In this document: in pieces, positions 25,448 to 26,234 of the stretch | Layout of the letters: every line of letters begins with the position of its first letter | How positions within the stretch are numbered: the stretch's first letter is position 1 | NCBI GenBank assembly: GCA_964432095.1 | Contig: CAYSMM010000002.1 | Coordinates: forward strand, 1 to 26,234 | Direction of reading: 5' to 3' | DNA from: an uncultured Burkholderiaceae bacterium | GTDB taxonomy: Bacteria > Pseudomonadota > Gammaproteobacteria > Burkholderiales > Burkholderiaceae_C | DNA: 26,234 nucleotides | The notes under the pieces: generated by a model | Databases searched by the model: none | The model's input: only the letters and a program-made list of their open reading frames with translations | Told to the model about the DNA's origin: nothing | Translations under genes and position numbers: made by a program

Positions 25448-26234
25448 TCAACCAAAACCAATCTGACCGCCGTCATTCTTGGTGATGACGATGGTGGCCG
25501 ACTGCGGGCGCGCCGTTCCGCCTGCAGGCCAGTGGCTGGTGAACTTGGTGGGGTCACCGATGTTGGCCGATGAAGTGTCTTCGCCCGGGTGCTGGATGTT
25601 GACGAACATGGTTTTGCCGTCCGGGGTTTCCGTCACACCCGTGATCTCGCAGGCCTTGGGGCCGACCAGGAAGCGCTTGAGCTCATTGGCCGCAGGCTTC
25701 TTGCCGACATAGGTATCCACATTCTTGGGTACGCCGGCGTTGTCATACGTCAGCGTCACCTTGGTGCCGTCACCGCGCGTACCCGGCAGGCCGGCCAGCA
25801 TCATGCAGTTGGTCACGTCGGTGTAGGCGCCGTCGTCGGTCTGAATCCAGCAGATATTGCTGGTGGGGCTGAACCACAGGCCGTCGGGGCTGGAGAAGTC
25901 GTTGTCCGCCGTGAGGGCAGACAGGTTGACCTTGGTACCGTCGGCACCGGACTCGGAACCAAATAGATAAACGTCCCAATTGAACGTGGTGGCTCCAGGC
26001 TCACCACCCGCTTCTGTGAAGCGAATGATATGGCCATTGGGGTTGCCAGTCTGGTTGGTGGTGCCTTTCACGTCGGTGTAGGTGCGCGGGTTGGCGCTGT
26101 CGACCGTGGCCACACTGCGGTTACTGCCACTGTTATTAGTCATAGTGATGTACACCTCGTTATTTTTCGGGTTCACCGCAGCCCACTCGGGGCGGTCCAT
26201 CGGCGTGGCGCCAACGGCGTCGGCCGCCAGGCGG
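25448..26234 (-). CDS. phoX: PhoX-family alkaline phosphatase (DUF839), 3' part
   Basis: MDRPEW, VYITMTNN, GHIIR, FSSPDGLWF, WIQTD, CEITG.TETPDGKTMFVNIQHPG; the frame stays open to the window end. Confidence 0.9.
   Translation of the reverse strand, partial: RLAADAVGATPMDRPEWAAVNPKNNEVYITMTNNSGSNRSVATVDSANPRTYTDVKGTTNQTGNPNGHIIRFTEAGGEPGATTFNWDVYLFGSESGADGTKVNLSALTADNDFSSPDGLWFSPTSNICWIQTDDGAYTDVTNCMMLAGLPGTRGDGTKVTLTYDNAGVPKNVDTYVGKKPAANELKRFLVGPKACEITGVTETPDGKTMFVNIQHPGEDTSSANIGDPTKFTSHWPAGGTARPQSATIVITKNDGGQIGFG

Overview
A GC-rich, betaproteobacterial-looking (Burkholderiales-like) chromosomal window. Genes in order: partial alpha/beta hydrolase, 2Fe-2S ferredoxin, VanZ-like protein, hemJ, a RelE/RHH toxin-antitoxin pair, hemB, a CorA-family transporter, a LexA-boxed Y-family polymerase, a TonB-dependent receptor, an amidohydrolase, uvrA, a YajR-like MFS transporter, ssb, an apbE/DUF3570/DUF4266/TlpA/cytochrome c redox cluster split by a TAXI gene, an HNH nuclease, a MocA-like NTP transferase, ohr, ald and partial phoX. 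The most striking non-genic signal is an AT-rich, dyad-symmetric 71-bp element found seven times between genes (consensus ATAC-N8-STATA-N8-ACTGG-N11-CCAGW-N8-TATAS-N8-GTAT). Its motif spacing is fixed, its spacers vary, and every copy lies within about 45 bp of a stop codon. I do not recognise it as any named repeat or operator. There are also two candidate small RNAs with CU-rich anti-Shine-Dalgarno loops. All alignments and counts were done by eye, and no database searches were run.
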